DNA of 62,853 nucleotides, the filler included, from Choristocarpus tenellus KU-1152 (Eukaryota > Protista > Phaeophyceae): the NCBI GenBank assembly GCA_964200185.2. It is 12 parts of 12 records of this genome, joined end to end, with 100 filler letters (N's around TTAATTAATTAA, not from the genome) between each part and the next. Parts side by side here need not be neighbours in the genome. Positions count along the whole stretch, not along the records: positions 23,450 to 27,756 come from CAXNAD020015190.1; positions 27,857 to 42,317 come from CAXNAD020001181.1; 10 more parts are not named here. One strand, given 5' to 3'. The position numbers and the translations under genes are program-made. This document shows, piece by piece, positions 26,559 through 39,800 of this stretch. The notes under the pieces were generated by a model. It did no database searches and was not told the DNA's origin. It saw only the letters and a program-made list of their open reading frames with translations. Position 1 is the stretch's first letter. The number at the start of each line of letters is the position of its first letter.

Positions 26559-26698
26559 TGTGGAATATATACCAATACATAATTCCATACATAATCTGGA
26601 TGTACTATCTCATTAGTTACATCACATGGACTCAGTTCAACTCAATAATCTCATATACACAAAATAAGGTACACCTCACTATTGTCCTATTTTGCACA
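26559..26698 (-). repeat. Putative 140-bp 3' LTR
   Basis: Starts TGTGCAAAATA immediately after the PPT and ends with the inverted match TATTCCACA. Confidence 0.55.
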
Positions 26699-27756
26699 CT
26701 CCCCCATGAGAGTGCAGGCAATGAAAAGTTGCTGGAACTCTCAAACCTAAAACATCTTATTGTGTACACTCCCCATTCTGCACACTTGCCATGAAAATGG
26801 AAGTAAAAGACGTCAGATTGGTTCCATTCTCACACACATCACATTTATCTTGTCCATGCAATAAAAGAGCACTGATTGCTTGAACTCAAACATACGTCAT
26901 TCATCTAGTCAACACAGTGTCTACGAAGTCTTGTACCTGCTTCTTTAGATGCTCCAACACAGTGATGTACTCGTGTCCCATGATGACCCCTCGCTTAGTT
27001 TATGGTTAAAATTTGAACCAGTCCCCTTTTGCTGTTTCTCTTGTTGGATGTAGCACTCACTCCCCCAGACTTGAAGCCTATAATAATTGAATGTCTTGTA
27101 CATCCTCTCGTTGAGTGAAGTCCTGCGCAACCAAACCTTCCTCGCTAGGGTGCCTCTAAAAGATGGTTCTTGATGGTCTGGAGTAGATATTATATACTTC
27201 CCAGACTTACAAGTCTTGTACAGGCAGCCTTTGCTGACAAGCTTCCTCTGGTTTTCATTTCTGACTCCAACCCTGGTCCAGCTAATTTCTCCACCTGTTA
27301 AGACGGTGTCGCTCTCCTCTGGCGACAATCGATCTGAAGGTTTCTTTTACCTCCACAGTTGTAGCATATTCCTTCAAAAGAACAAGGACCAATATACTTG
27401 ATCAATCCACAGTTTAAACATCTTCTGTTGGTCCTGATCTCGTTTCTGGTAGGGGATCTTGTTGTAATATGGTCCGTATGTTGACCAGTTGTACCTTGGC
27501 CGCCTCATCCGCTGACCTTCTGTGTTCTCTTCCATGAGTTTAAGGTCCCAGCGGCTAGAGTGCTCCCAGGCTCCCCACGGTTAGCTCCTCGTTTCCTTTC
27601 TGGTGGAGGCTTAGTTACTGCTCCTGCTAATGTCCTGTTCCCCTAGTGGAAGGTACAGCAATTGCTTTTCTCATTCCGTAAGCAAGAATCTTGGGGTCTC
27701 CAATCGATGGGCATACCTCCTTCAGGGACAAGTGTTGTGACGACTGCTCTAGGTCC
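26559..27756 (-). mobile_element. Internally deleted Ty1/Copia-like LTR retroelement (3' part)
   Basis: On the minus strand: degenerate gag zinc knuckle FEGICYNCGGKR../LQIDCR (~27320-27380), post-integrase motif YRLQVWGSECYIQ (~27050-27085), PPT GGGGGAG (26699-26705), then a TG..CA LTR. Confidence 0.72.
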
Positions 27757-27856
27757 NNNNNNNNNNNNNNNNNNNNNNNNNNNNNNNNNNNNNNNNNNNN
27801 TTAATTAATTAANNNNNNNNNNNNNNNNNNNNNNNNNNNNNNNNNNNNNNNNNNNN

Positions 27857-30800
27857 CAGCTGGTCTAGTGGGAGGGGCACTGGATGATGAACTTGCTGGT
27901 CGTGTCATAAGAGCCTATAGAGCATTTGCACGAACAGGAGTGTTGGGAGTGGCAATGTTGGCAGCAAGGTGAGCTGATATCATATACTCCACACATACAC
28001 ACAGTTGACGTTTTTTGTTTATCCCCGTATTTGTTTGTATTAGAAGCTATCATTCCATTGATTTAGCTTGACAAGAGTAGAAAATAGTTTGTCTTTCAAC
28101 ACATTTGCCTGGACCTGGTGCACTATTGTCATGTAATCCTTGGGAAAGATTCATATGAATTATACGAGTTCCCCCAATGATATTCCTGGAAAAGGACTGC
28201 AGTCTCTCTCTTCCCCTTTCCCTCCCCCACCGTGACAGCTGAAGCTTGAAAATACTGGATGAAGGGGTTCAGACGGTATGGTTTCTCTACATTGTACTGG
28301 TTGCAAGATAGCTTTCCGACATGATTTCAAGATACAGTATTGCCATTGATTGTGTCAAACATTGAAGTACCACTGTTCTACCGGTTGTTCTGTTGCAGTT
28401 GTTAATTGAAGGGTTCCATCATCAAGAGTTGTCTCTGTGTTTCTTGTGAACAGCCCAGTCCAATTATGACTCTGTATGAGTGACGACTACATGAGTTCCA
28501 CCCAGGTTTATTAATTTAGTAGAGCTCTACTGTGCTATCCCACAGCCCCACCACTTATCCTTGTATAGAATGGTACATGTAGGACCACATTGTCTGCTTC
28601 TGTTCAAGAGAAGTGTTGGGTCAGTAATTTGAACTGTGATCCTTCCTTGTGCAACTTCACTACCCTGCCTAGAGTTTTCAAATGTATAAATTGCCCTGCA
28701 TAACTTCCAAATGACTGCTTGGGTACTGCTTTGAGCCAAAGTGTACAAGAGGTACCTAGGTTTTGGCTGTTGTGCATTTTGTATTTGTTTTTTAATCTTT
28801 TGCAATCCACCATTATTTTTATGGATGAAGTTAAAAGTTTGACTTGAGAGTGTTTATTTCTCAAATATTTGAATCTTTCCCAATACAATTTAGAATATAT
28901 CCTGAACACATTTGAAAAAAAAAATTCCACAATTTTGTCATCATCGTTGAAATGCAACTCTGGGTATCTCCCGGTTACTTTGACTATTTAAAAAGATTGA
29001 TTGGCGATCTAATATAACGAAATAACTGCCTACTTCATTTCTTGGATAGGAGCAGCTGTGGGATTGCCTGTTGGATGATAGGATACACTTTTCACAGTTT
29101 AGATATATCAGTGCATGCATTGTATTGAATCCTGGATACAATGAAGAAGAGACAGTAAGTCACAGAGCTAATTTTTTTGTCTCTAAGCTGATGGGTTGTA
29201 GGTGCAAATATTCTGTGTGTCTGGATTGCCATATAATACTTATCTATGAATTACTTTCTTTGTGCAGTAGGCTATTCAATATTAATGCAGCAATCACCAA
29301 CTTTGTAAACGAATTGTACATGTTTGACAAAAGGATTAATGGTTCGAATTATCCTTACACTTTTATGCTTTTTTTAATTTGGGATTTACATGGTTTGTGA
29401 GTGGTTTTTGTCCATTGGGGTGTGGCCTGTAAATGAGTTAACTTGTGAGTGGTCTGACGTGTCAATTTGTGTTGATAATGACTTGATCAACTGCAATATG
29501 CCCCAGCTATACTCCTACCACAGCCATTTTGGCGTGAAGCTATTTGCCTCTTGCTGTCTATCGCTGATAGAGTTTCTTAAACATCCCCCTTGTGTTCTGC
29601 ATTGTTTATACTGTATTTTTAAAAGTCCCTTGGAACAAATGGGGGAAGCAGCAACATCAGAGTCTCTTCCAGCTTCCACTGCATTTCTTGCCAGCCTTGC
29701 CTCTGGTCTGGTCTCAGATGTTCTATGCCTTCCTATGGGCCTTGGCCCTACAGCACTGCAGAAAGCTGGATCTGCCTTACACTTGGCCCTGGAGCTAGGT
29801 TTGCAGTTGACATCGCCTTCCTTAAGCAACCTTCGTGATACATCAGCCCTTTCTATGTTTCCAACCGAGGGTGCTGTTTTGAGCTTGTCAAGCCCCGGAC
29901 AGGTCTCAACAGAGATCGGAGGCATTTCATCACTCCTGGGTGCCTTGATGGACACCTCCCCTGCTATAGAACAGGCATCAGACTGTGGTATAGCGGGCAC
30001 AAGCAGTCCAGTAGTGGGAAATAGGGGGGTGACGAGGGGGGCATTATTGTACCGACGTTTTCCAGAGGTGATGAACGAGGCACTGCTGCAGGACAGGGTG
30101 AAACAGCTGGGGATTGAGGGCAGGGGTGGAGGCAGTGACAGTAGCAGTGGTATCAGAATTTTAAAAGGCCATAGTGAAGGTGAGGTTAGGGAGATTGGAC
30201 AGTGGGAGGGGGATGAGCTTGCTGTGATGTTCACTTGGAATAGTTGTTTGGTGTAGCTAGTTTGGGGTTCAAAATTGTTCCTTTTGTAGGGCTGGTAGAG
30301 CAATGTTTTGAGTTTAGATTTGGGTTCTATCGTGGGGCTGAGGTTGGGGTTAGCGTTAGATTTAGGTATAGGGTTAGGCTTGGGCTTGGGGTTGAGAGGT
30401 GGGAAAGTATTTGTGCTGTTTTCATTTTTTTGCAGTGACAGGGGTCGTTACCTGTTGGGAGTAAGGTACATTTGCAGTTTCCGGTCTTGAAACATCGCCT
30501 TCTAAACCTTCCTCTCAGTTTCCACGTGTCTGGTGCAAAACACTCCTTGGACCACTGCAAACCCTCCTACCTACCTACCTACCTACCTACCCTACCTGTT
30601 CCTTCCCTTACTAGCCCCATTTCAAAACGTGTTCAAGTATTATTGTACTCTTTACTCTTTTCTCCAAGCTTACCCGAAGGAGTCCTCTAAGTGTTCTGAT
30701 GCACTCTTTAACTCCATTCAAAATCATCCAATGCACCCCACCTGAACCCCATTGACCTTGACCTAACTCCCGATGCCTTTTGAAACAGGAGCATACACTA

Positions 30801-33800
30801 GTCTTGTCGACATGTGCTTGTTCAATGCTGAGGTTAGAAGTTTAGGATCTAGTAACTCCTCTTTTTCAGTGGAAGCTACAGCACAAACGCAGGCACAAGC
30901 ATTCAGTGTGCTGGAAGGTCTATTGGATCTTCAGATGCAGAGGGTTGCTGTGCTGCCTCGACCTGGGATGGTATGAATCCTACGTCCTCTCTAATACTCT
31001 CTCCACCTCTCACGTTTTTGTCACCAATCCACTCTGAAGCTGATGCATGCAACGTTCCTTGTAAAATATGATAGTATCTAGAGATATAAGATTATAGGAT
31101 TGCCCTCCGAAAATCGCTTGCCTTGAAGAGTACAACATTTTATGGTGTCGATGCGATGTTTTGCTTTGATATTAGTTACATATCTACCAGTTTAACATAC
31201 ATCGTCCCTGCAAGACTGTGGCCATCACAAGACTTGAATTGGTACTGGTGGATGTATGCTTCCTGCGTCGTTGACAAGGGGATCAATATTATATTGGTTT
31301 GGTGACTTTTGTATGGTCTCTACATTGTTCTTCTGCTATATCTCTCTACCCTTTAAACCCCAAAATGTTGTATACGCCAAGTGCCTGAGGGTGTGGAGAA
31401 GGTCCTTTGTCCCACGGCAACCAGAATATGGTGAATGGCATGTGGAAATAGGAGCGGTAGCCCCATTCTGATCCTGCATCTATACCAGTAGACCTATCTC
31501 TATCCGCCTTCTGCGCCCTGCTTCTCCTTTGCACCCCATAACTTTCCAAGTAGGTTGAAAACTAACTTTCAACAAGCCAGGAATAGAAGCTAGAACTAAG
31601 CATCCACTCCGACTAGTTTAGAACTAGGGCTACTGTGATCGCAATGTATTGTTTGATGGGCCTCATGCCTTTTTGTACAAGGTATCTCCTGCTGCCTTTT
31701 TGGATCTGCTCTTACCTGGACTGCACCGACTCTTGGCCAACCCTGCATGGAGGCCACCATCTCCTGGCCCAGAGCAGGTTTGGAGAATAGAATGTCCAAC
31801 TCCCTCTTTATGCCCCCAACCCCCCTACACCCCACCAAAGTCCCTGCACAAACCCACCAAAAAAATATTTTGGAAAATATTTGGTTGCATCTCTGCAATT
31901 TCAGTGTCGCCAACCCTATTATTTTCCACTTATCAACACATCCCTACTTTCGTTTTTGAAGTATTACCAATTTGAAACAGCTGCAACCTCCCATTCATTC
32001 TCACTCCTCCTCTTCTTATCCCTTCCCTTTCCTTGGGAACATATGCATGAAGAATGAAAATGCTTTACATTGCTGCTGCCTGCAATGTGCCCTTTCTCTC
32101 AAACTTCTAGATCCCGAGTAGTAGTGGGTGCATGCTTGCAGAGTCTCTAAGCCTATGTCACCGAGTTCTCAAGCTCTCTACAAAAAGCTACCACAAGGGA
32201 AGAGCGAGAGCAGGGTTTGGGGGCAGTGGGCAGGAAGGAATGGAGAGAGGAAGTGAGGGGGACCAACGCTACTGTGGTGTCATTGACTTGTGTGCTGGTC
32301 TTGTGGCGAGGATATTGGGATCATTTTCACAGGTGGGGAAGGATTAGGAACTTACTTTTGACCCTTACTTTTATGACTTTGGAGGCTGAAGTTTGACCAT
32401 GATGTCACCACTTTTGCGTTGAGCTTCATTTATGTTTACACAGTTTCATGTGGTGGTTGCTGAAGGGCAGTTCTTTGGTGGTGTGTCGTGGTAATATTGT
32501 GAGCACTGATCTATGGAGATATGCCAGTGGTACCAGGTCTAGGGTCTTGGAGCATAGAGATGCCGACTCTTACTCGCCTGGATGTATTTTTTTGCATTAT
32601 TCTCATTGCATTCAGCAAGATCACAGCTGACTGGCGCCCAATGATGAGGAGGAATGAAAGACGAAACCATAGATGCGCTCCTTCTCATACTATTTACGCG
32701 CCCCTTCTTCCACATCCCTATCCTCCATCTCCAACACAAACTGATGAGCCTCTCTCAAGACCTTGCCGAATTTTCCTCTTCCCAATACGCACTTTTTTTT
32801 TGTGTGAGGCAGAAGACAACCCCTGCTATCAAGGCTGAAGCTCTTAAGATGGTACCATACTTCCTTCCCTGCCTCACCAAGTGCGCATCATCCTACAACC
32901 TACGCCGAGGAGGCCACTGTGATAGCCCAACACCTGACAAAATCTCGTTTCCTGGAGCCACTATTGGGTCTGCAATAGGGTCAGGTCTTGGGGAGAATGA
33001 CAGGGGCGGGAAAGAGAATGATAGGGGTAGGGATGGGGAAAGGGGGTTTGCCCTGAACAAAGATGTGCTTGCAGCGCTGGAGGAAATGACCGCTCAGCAC
33101 TTTCCAATTGGTAACAGTCGGGAACCTGCAGAAGGGTAAGCAAGAGGAACTATGTTCTGCCAGGTCGATGGATTTTTATTAGGAGACTTTAGATACAGGA
33201 GATCAAAGTTTTTTGGTAGGATTGGAACTATTTTTTAGTGAGTGACATAGAGTGATATAGAGGGGAGGGCTGAGGGTGAGAATATGTGTAAGACTGCTGT
33301 TATGAGAGGTGATTGGTAGTGTTATGAATCTCAACATAAGGTAATCAGATCCTTTTGAGCTGGTTGTTTGGTTCAGCACTCATGAATTCTTTCAACTCGC
33401 AACACTAGTGGTTTGAGTCAGAATGTTGGATTGATTTTGTAACCTAGACTTCCAGCTGTTGAATGGGTTCTTTGAATAAGAATACGTTATTTTCTTCATT
33501 CAGAATATGATCTTTGTATCAAGCACCTAGTATTTTTCAGAAAGGGAGGAGATTTAATGTTTGATCTAGCAAGCTTTTGTACAGAATGAACTAAGGTACA
33601 ATAATACAACAGAACTTTAGTGACGGAGTGAGCAATTGGTGGCACTGAGGGGCCCATGAGATATGGAATTGATTTCCATAGAATGAGATGATGACCATTT
33701 CCAGGTCATGTCGCATTCACTGTTCAGATGAAATTGGCGTATCAAAATTGTGTCTAAAGGATGATCCCGATCCCTCCTCCTTTCCCAACCCTAGACTCCC

Positions 33801-36800
33801 TCCTCCCTGTACATGTCATTGCTACTCTCTGCCCACCTCAAACCCACTGCAACCTTTGAACCCCTTACACTCATCGGTCTTGCTTCCCTACCCATCTGGT
33901 TTTGGGGTGTAGGTCAGAGGAGGCAACAGCATTCGCCCTTCTACTCCGTGGATTACTGGACGCATTTGCAAGGTCGGGAAATCTTTCCCTTCTAGAGTTG
34001 CTCTTTGGCACACTCCGTGAAGGGCACAATCACTTGCACTACAGGTGATATTGAGGGGTAATATGTGTTGGTGGTGTCCAGGAGGGAGAGGGGTGGCATG
34101 ATTTTGAGTTGGATGTTCTTGTCTGATTGGGATGATTTAATCACCCACCCAATAACCTATACCCAAATTCGTGCCAATAGATGGTTAATGATCTCATGCA
34201 GTATCGAGTGTGTTTTGGCACTCCAAACATTTTGTGTCGTTGTCTGGGTCCGTTCTAACATGGTGGCTTCACCACAACATCAAGCACCCCACCCCATACC
34301 CAACCACAACCACCTCCATATGGGTGATGCTTCAATGTGTAATATTTCAGCACTGTTTATTCCCCATTATGTACAATGACGATAAGGTGGATATCTCTGT
34401 CGTTGAAGACATTTATTTCTGGACTGTGCCTTGAGGTGGAGGCTGTAGCGGAAGCTGTGTTTGGTTTCTGCTTGAATCATATAGCCAGCACAAGGGTGGA
34501 TCCTGTGGTAAAGGCTGTGCTTTTTGACCAGGTGACAAAAAGCGGTTCGTTCACACACACACCACAAATAGCAAAATCTATTACATATTTTATATGTTAA
34601 CTGTTTTCAATCTTCAATTGCTGTCTTCCCCCTATCACCCCCTGCCAACACACTGCCATAATTGTGGCAAAATGATCTACTCTTGGCACGTAGGTGTGTC
34701 TCCAGATGCTCAGGAGGTGTCCGGTGAATTCGTTTGTGACAGTCTTCATCTCCACCAATGCCGCCCCGATTTTTTGGGGGGGTGCTGCCAATGGCCCTAT
34801 CGTGAAGCGCCTGGCTTCTCTTGTGGAGAAACGGACCACAGAACCGCTCCTTGCCTCATGCTGCTTCACACTTTTAGAGGTGATTTTGTGAGGTTTGAAA
34901 GGGGAGTAGTAGAAGGTTTGGGTTGCAGTATATTTGGTGTGTTCTTTATAGTGTAGTGTAAGAGTGGATTATGGGGATGACGTGGTGCTGATTAGGGAGA
35001 GTGATTTGGTGTGCAGCAATAGGAAGGAGTTGAGGATTCGTGTGACTATTTGAGTGGAGAATATGAGTGATTTGGAAAACTCCATCATGATGTGGTACCA
35101 GGTAGGGCCAGTGTGCTTAGGGGAGGTGGGCTGCAGCTGTTGCAGGAATGAAAAGGGAAACAATGTGGGGTGAATGACACCCACATATTGAGGTGTTAAA
35201 GGATTCAGTGTTCTCTTTCCGCCTGTAAAGATGAAGTCAGACAATATGTTCTAAAATGTGGATACCTGATGTACAAGCAGGTGATGTATGAATCTCTCCC
35301 CACCACAATACTCAATGGAGCTATTGCAACAGCTTATGGTGGACCGGAGGGTGAGCTGAAAAACCTTACGAAGGTGAGAAGGAAACTGAAGCAACCGTAG
35401 CGTTTCTAAGGGTTCAGGATTGAGGGGCAAGATCATATCCAAAACATTTCTACACTGAAGACCTGTCTCCTACTTCGTATCTCAAATGGGCATTGTTGAT
35501 CTATCAAGATTTCTTGTTGCAATCTTTGCCTGTGCATTTGGGTCTATCAAACTATTCCTGCTCAAGAGAGCTGTTCCTTGTTTCCAGTATTGATGTACTA
35601 AAGGATTAACCCTTTTCCAGTAAGGAACCGCGGTCTAGCCATGACTCCTGGTAATGCCGGTATGGGATGTGTAGAAGCTTTCAGACTGTTGTGTTACATT
35701 GACAACATACTGGATCTTGCTTTCGAACCCTTTTACTGTGATTGAAGTTGGCATTATTGAGCATGGAAAGACTATTGTCTTTTTTGCATTTCTTTGGGAC
35801 AGATCCTCCTTTTCTATATTGTAACTCTGCCCTATTGCAATTACCACCCAAGCTCTCTTTCTGGACCTCTGACTGTCTTTCCCCCAAAATTGTGCAAGGG
35901 CATTTGTTCTCTCCATTGATTTTAGTCATGTTTAGATTGGTGAGAAGGACATCATATCAGATGTAACCCCCTTTTTTCTTGGAAATGAAGTATTTGATAG
36001 AGATGTAACTCTTTGGCCTATACTTTCTTTGCCATTCTCCTCACTTTTAGGCCCCACCACTTTCCATGGTTGCATTTTCAAGATTCTTTTTCTTTGTACA
36101 AGATCCGCTGGTTCCTTCTATCATTTAATTGAAGCAGTTGACCCAACCCTCACCATAACATCTTGAATCTTGCAATACTCTTCCCTTCAAGTATTGAAGT
36201 TTGGAGTGTAAGGGGGCCGGGCCAGAGTAATGCCTTATGTGGATCACATAGAAGCAGTTGGTGGGGGATGGACGGTACTATCGGAAGGGAGATCCTTTGT
36301 GTGGTTTCGTTCTTTTGGATTGATCTATTTTCTATCCATTGAATTACAGTTAGCCTGTGACTACTGCTCTGGATAGGTAGTGGTGTCATATGCAACCTAG
36401 TATCCTTTTTGTCATGCTTCTGGTATGTCTGATTGATTACATACCCCTGTGCCCTGGTGGTTTGTCTTGTGCACACACCTGTGAAGGTAGTGGCAGGTGC
36501 TTGGAAGAGTGTGAAGAAACAATGCGCCAAGAAACTCGTTGGGGGAGAGGTGGTGGTGGGAGGCCAGGAGTCAAGCAGTGGAAGGAGGATTACTGGAAAT
36601 GTGATGATGGTGTGTTCTGTGGTATTCTTTGAAGCAGGATTATGTTGGGTGTGTGTACTTGACTGAACTGTATAGAATCTTTAAGTTTCATAATTGAGCA
36701 AATCAGGGATTGAATTGGACATCTCCATGCAAGAACCAACTCCCTATTTCACACCCCAAAATGAAACACACACACACACAAAATCACGTGCCTCCCGTAC

Positions 36801-39800
36801 CCTCATGCAAATACCTGTGACAGCACATATCACACACTGCACAAAAACACACACATGTTCACACACATACACACACCACTGCCGTGCACTCTTGTGTGAA
36901 ACCTGTATCAGCCCTCCGACAGTCAGGAGTTACGGATGCGACGGTCGGCCATGGCATGTGTGTGTGCCATCGTTTGTGTCACACAGACGGAGGAAAAATT
37001 CTTTGACAGTCTTCTGTGGGGTGATGAGTTCCATGACAAGGGACTGGTAGGTTTCTCTTGCTCTGGAATCTGTTTGCTTTGCCTGCCCTGATTCTTACTT
37101 TCCCCACCTCCTTCCTCGTTAACTTCCATGCAAGTGGAATGGCCTCTGGTGTCCAGGCAGCTTAGGTCATAGAGTGTACTCATAGAGGCAATTGTAGTGT
37201 TTACCAAGGTCCATCTCCACCTGTTTCAAATCTTTCCCTCAAAGTGACTTGTTGTCTTCGAATCTTGAGCAACTGGGATTTTATATGGGGCAAAGCTTTG
37301 ACCAAAGAAGATGAGAACATGACCCTCCCCCCCATGAGTCATACACACAATGAGAAGGATAGTGTCATGGACATCCTGCTTCTCACAGCTCTACATTTTG
37401 AACCGGTTAATTGACATGTGATGAGGGCAAGGACTAACTTGGCCAGGTGTCTGAAAGCAATCAGTAATCATCACTCAATCTTTGTAATATGGTCCCTACT
37501 GCTTTGCCTTCTGTTTTTGCCGCATACATAAAACCCTATGCCCCCATTGGCTAACCTCACATTCACTCTCTGCCCTACCAGGGAAGTGTTCTGTCATTTG
37601 TGATCGACCTATCGAAGACATACGTTTTTGAGGTCAAGCCTCCTTGGTTCCAATCCATCAAGATTCGCCGACCTCAATGCCCACCTCCAAAGCTGCCGGT
37701 CCATACGATTGGAGGTGGTGGCATTGGGAACAGAATTGGACGTCCACGAAAATTGTTAACAGCCTCTGTCATGCTATCACAGAGCAGCCTCAACCCTGAT
37801 CGATCTGGGAAGGGTCATGCTGTGGTTGGGGATTGGAGTGATATAGGCAGTAGGGCTGGAGTTAAGGGAAAAATGAGCACAGGAGTGACTGAGATCTCAG
37901 AGGATTTGAGAGAGACGTACAGTACCCAGGTTGGTCTGTTGTTCTTGAGATGTACAGCGCACCTATCCGCCATTTCTGAGCTGTGGATTCCCCAGCGACT
38001 TCACTGTTGTCTGGAACTTCCATATGTGACCCTCCCCTTCGCTGATAATTACCAAGTGCAGTCTACAGTTGATCTCAGATTGATAGGTATGAGTTTTTTC
38101 AATGTACAGAAATTGGAAGAATGCTAACAATCCCCTCAATAGTTTGCAGCAAGCTTCATTTTTCTTTTCACATTTTCTCATTTTTTCATGTGGCATCGTT
38201 GCTCTGTGGTTGTGAGCATCTTGTTAGGAATAATGGATATTTTATCTTGTTAGATCATTAACTATTCAAATATCTATGGATCACAACTCAATGGGTTAGG
38301 AATATGTGCTAATTGCTCAAGTCTTAAAAAAATTTAGTGTGAAATGGTATGAGTCATTTTGCTACTTCTACCAAAACTTAGTTTGTACTCAGTAATCCAG
38401 AGCATGAAGTGCATTTCATCCATTTGTGTTTGTGATTGGTGTACAATTATTGCAAGAAATGAAAACGGTTGTCTGCTTGTTTTGTATTTTTTATGTTCTT
38501 TCCCAAGTTCCCATTTGGGTGTGTGCCTATCGTGGTGTTGTGAGCAAACTCTGCAATATAGTAGTCCTCTTTATCTATAGCTTGCCACTTAGCTTCAATG
38601 TTAAAGTGCCTATTCTTCTGCCCTGCGCACTCATCAAGTTACGACAATAGGGTATACCCTGTGGACTTTTCTTGTCTCTCCCCTCTGAACTAGATATTCG
38701 TATCTTCTCTATTGGTTACTTTTCTTGCTTGTTCACAATAGGATGCCTTGAGGGAAGAACCACTATTAGGAAAGCCTGCTTCGACATCTGATGGCAGGGT
38801 TGATGTGAGTAGTAGTCAGACAGATGGCACACAGAGCTCCCAGGAGGAAGGAGACAGCTACAGTGGGATGGGTGCTTGGCATGGGCAAGGATCGAGAGAA
38901 TTTGATGCTCCAGCTGTCCGAGGTGTGATTCTGACTCAAGTGGGCCTCGTTTGTTTAAATTAGTGTCATTTTTGGGTACAATATCGAGACAGATTGGGAT
39001 TTTTTTTCACTATTATTGTAAATTATATTTTACTTTACCTAGCTCCTTGTGGAGATTTCTAGCACCATTCTAAACAAGTGTGTAAATGCAGAAGGTTCAT
39101 AAAGCTATAAATGTATTAGGTATGAATTATTGCTTGCAGCCAAGTACCTGCGAATCAAAGGACAACCCGATGTATGAATTGTATATATTCTATCTGCCTC
39201 TATGAAGAGTATACTTGGATGTGGAGAGAACTTGTATTTTTATCAATGGTATGACCATGATGTTGGAAAAGGTGCTTCTAACAAGGAGATAACCATCCTC
39301 TTTTTGAACACTGTCCCTTTGTTGTGGTTGATCATTTACTGGCATTAACGCCATGGGGTATAAATGGTGTCAAAGTGAATCGGCTGATAAGATCCAGTAA
39401 CTCAAGATCTAATCCATCTGTCCCTATTGCTAACTAAATATAACCAACTTTTGCACCAAAAGGGAAAGAAGAAGCGGGGAAGTATGGTGATGAGCAGGCA
39501 AGAGGAGGTGAACACGAACAATTGCTGGAGTTGAGTCGCATCAACATGGAACCCTGCATGCGATCACTGCTTCTGGTAGTCCAAAGGGAAGTTGAGCTTT
39601 TCGGGGAGAGATGGACCCAGCAGCACAGTGCCAGCCGTGGCGTGTGAGCAACCTCTTTCAACCAGAATCTTCCAGTTGTTTGCAAATTTATACTTCAAAG
39701 CAGAATTTTGATAGTTGATTGAATACAAGCAACCATATAGCAGGAGTATTGAGGTTTAAAATATACTCTTCTCACAGTTAGATTTTTTGCATTTCCTTTT

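Noticed and set aside
29515-30303. 262-aa minus-strand ORF
   Set aside because: Antisense shadow of a DNA-PKcs exon.
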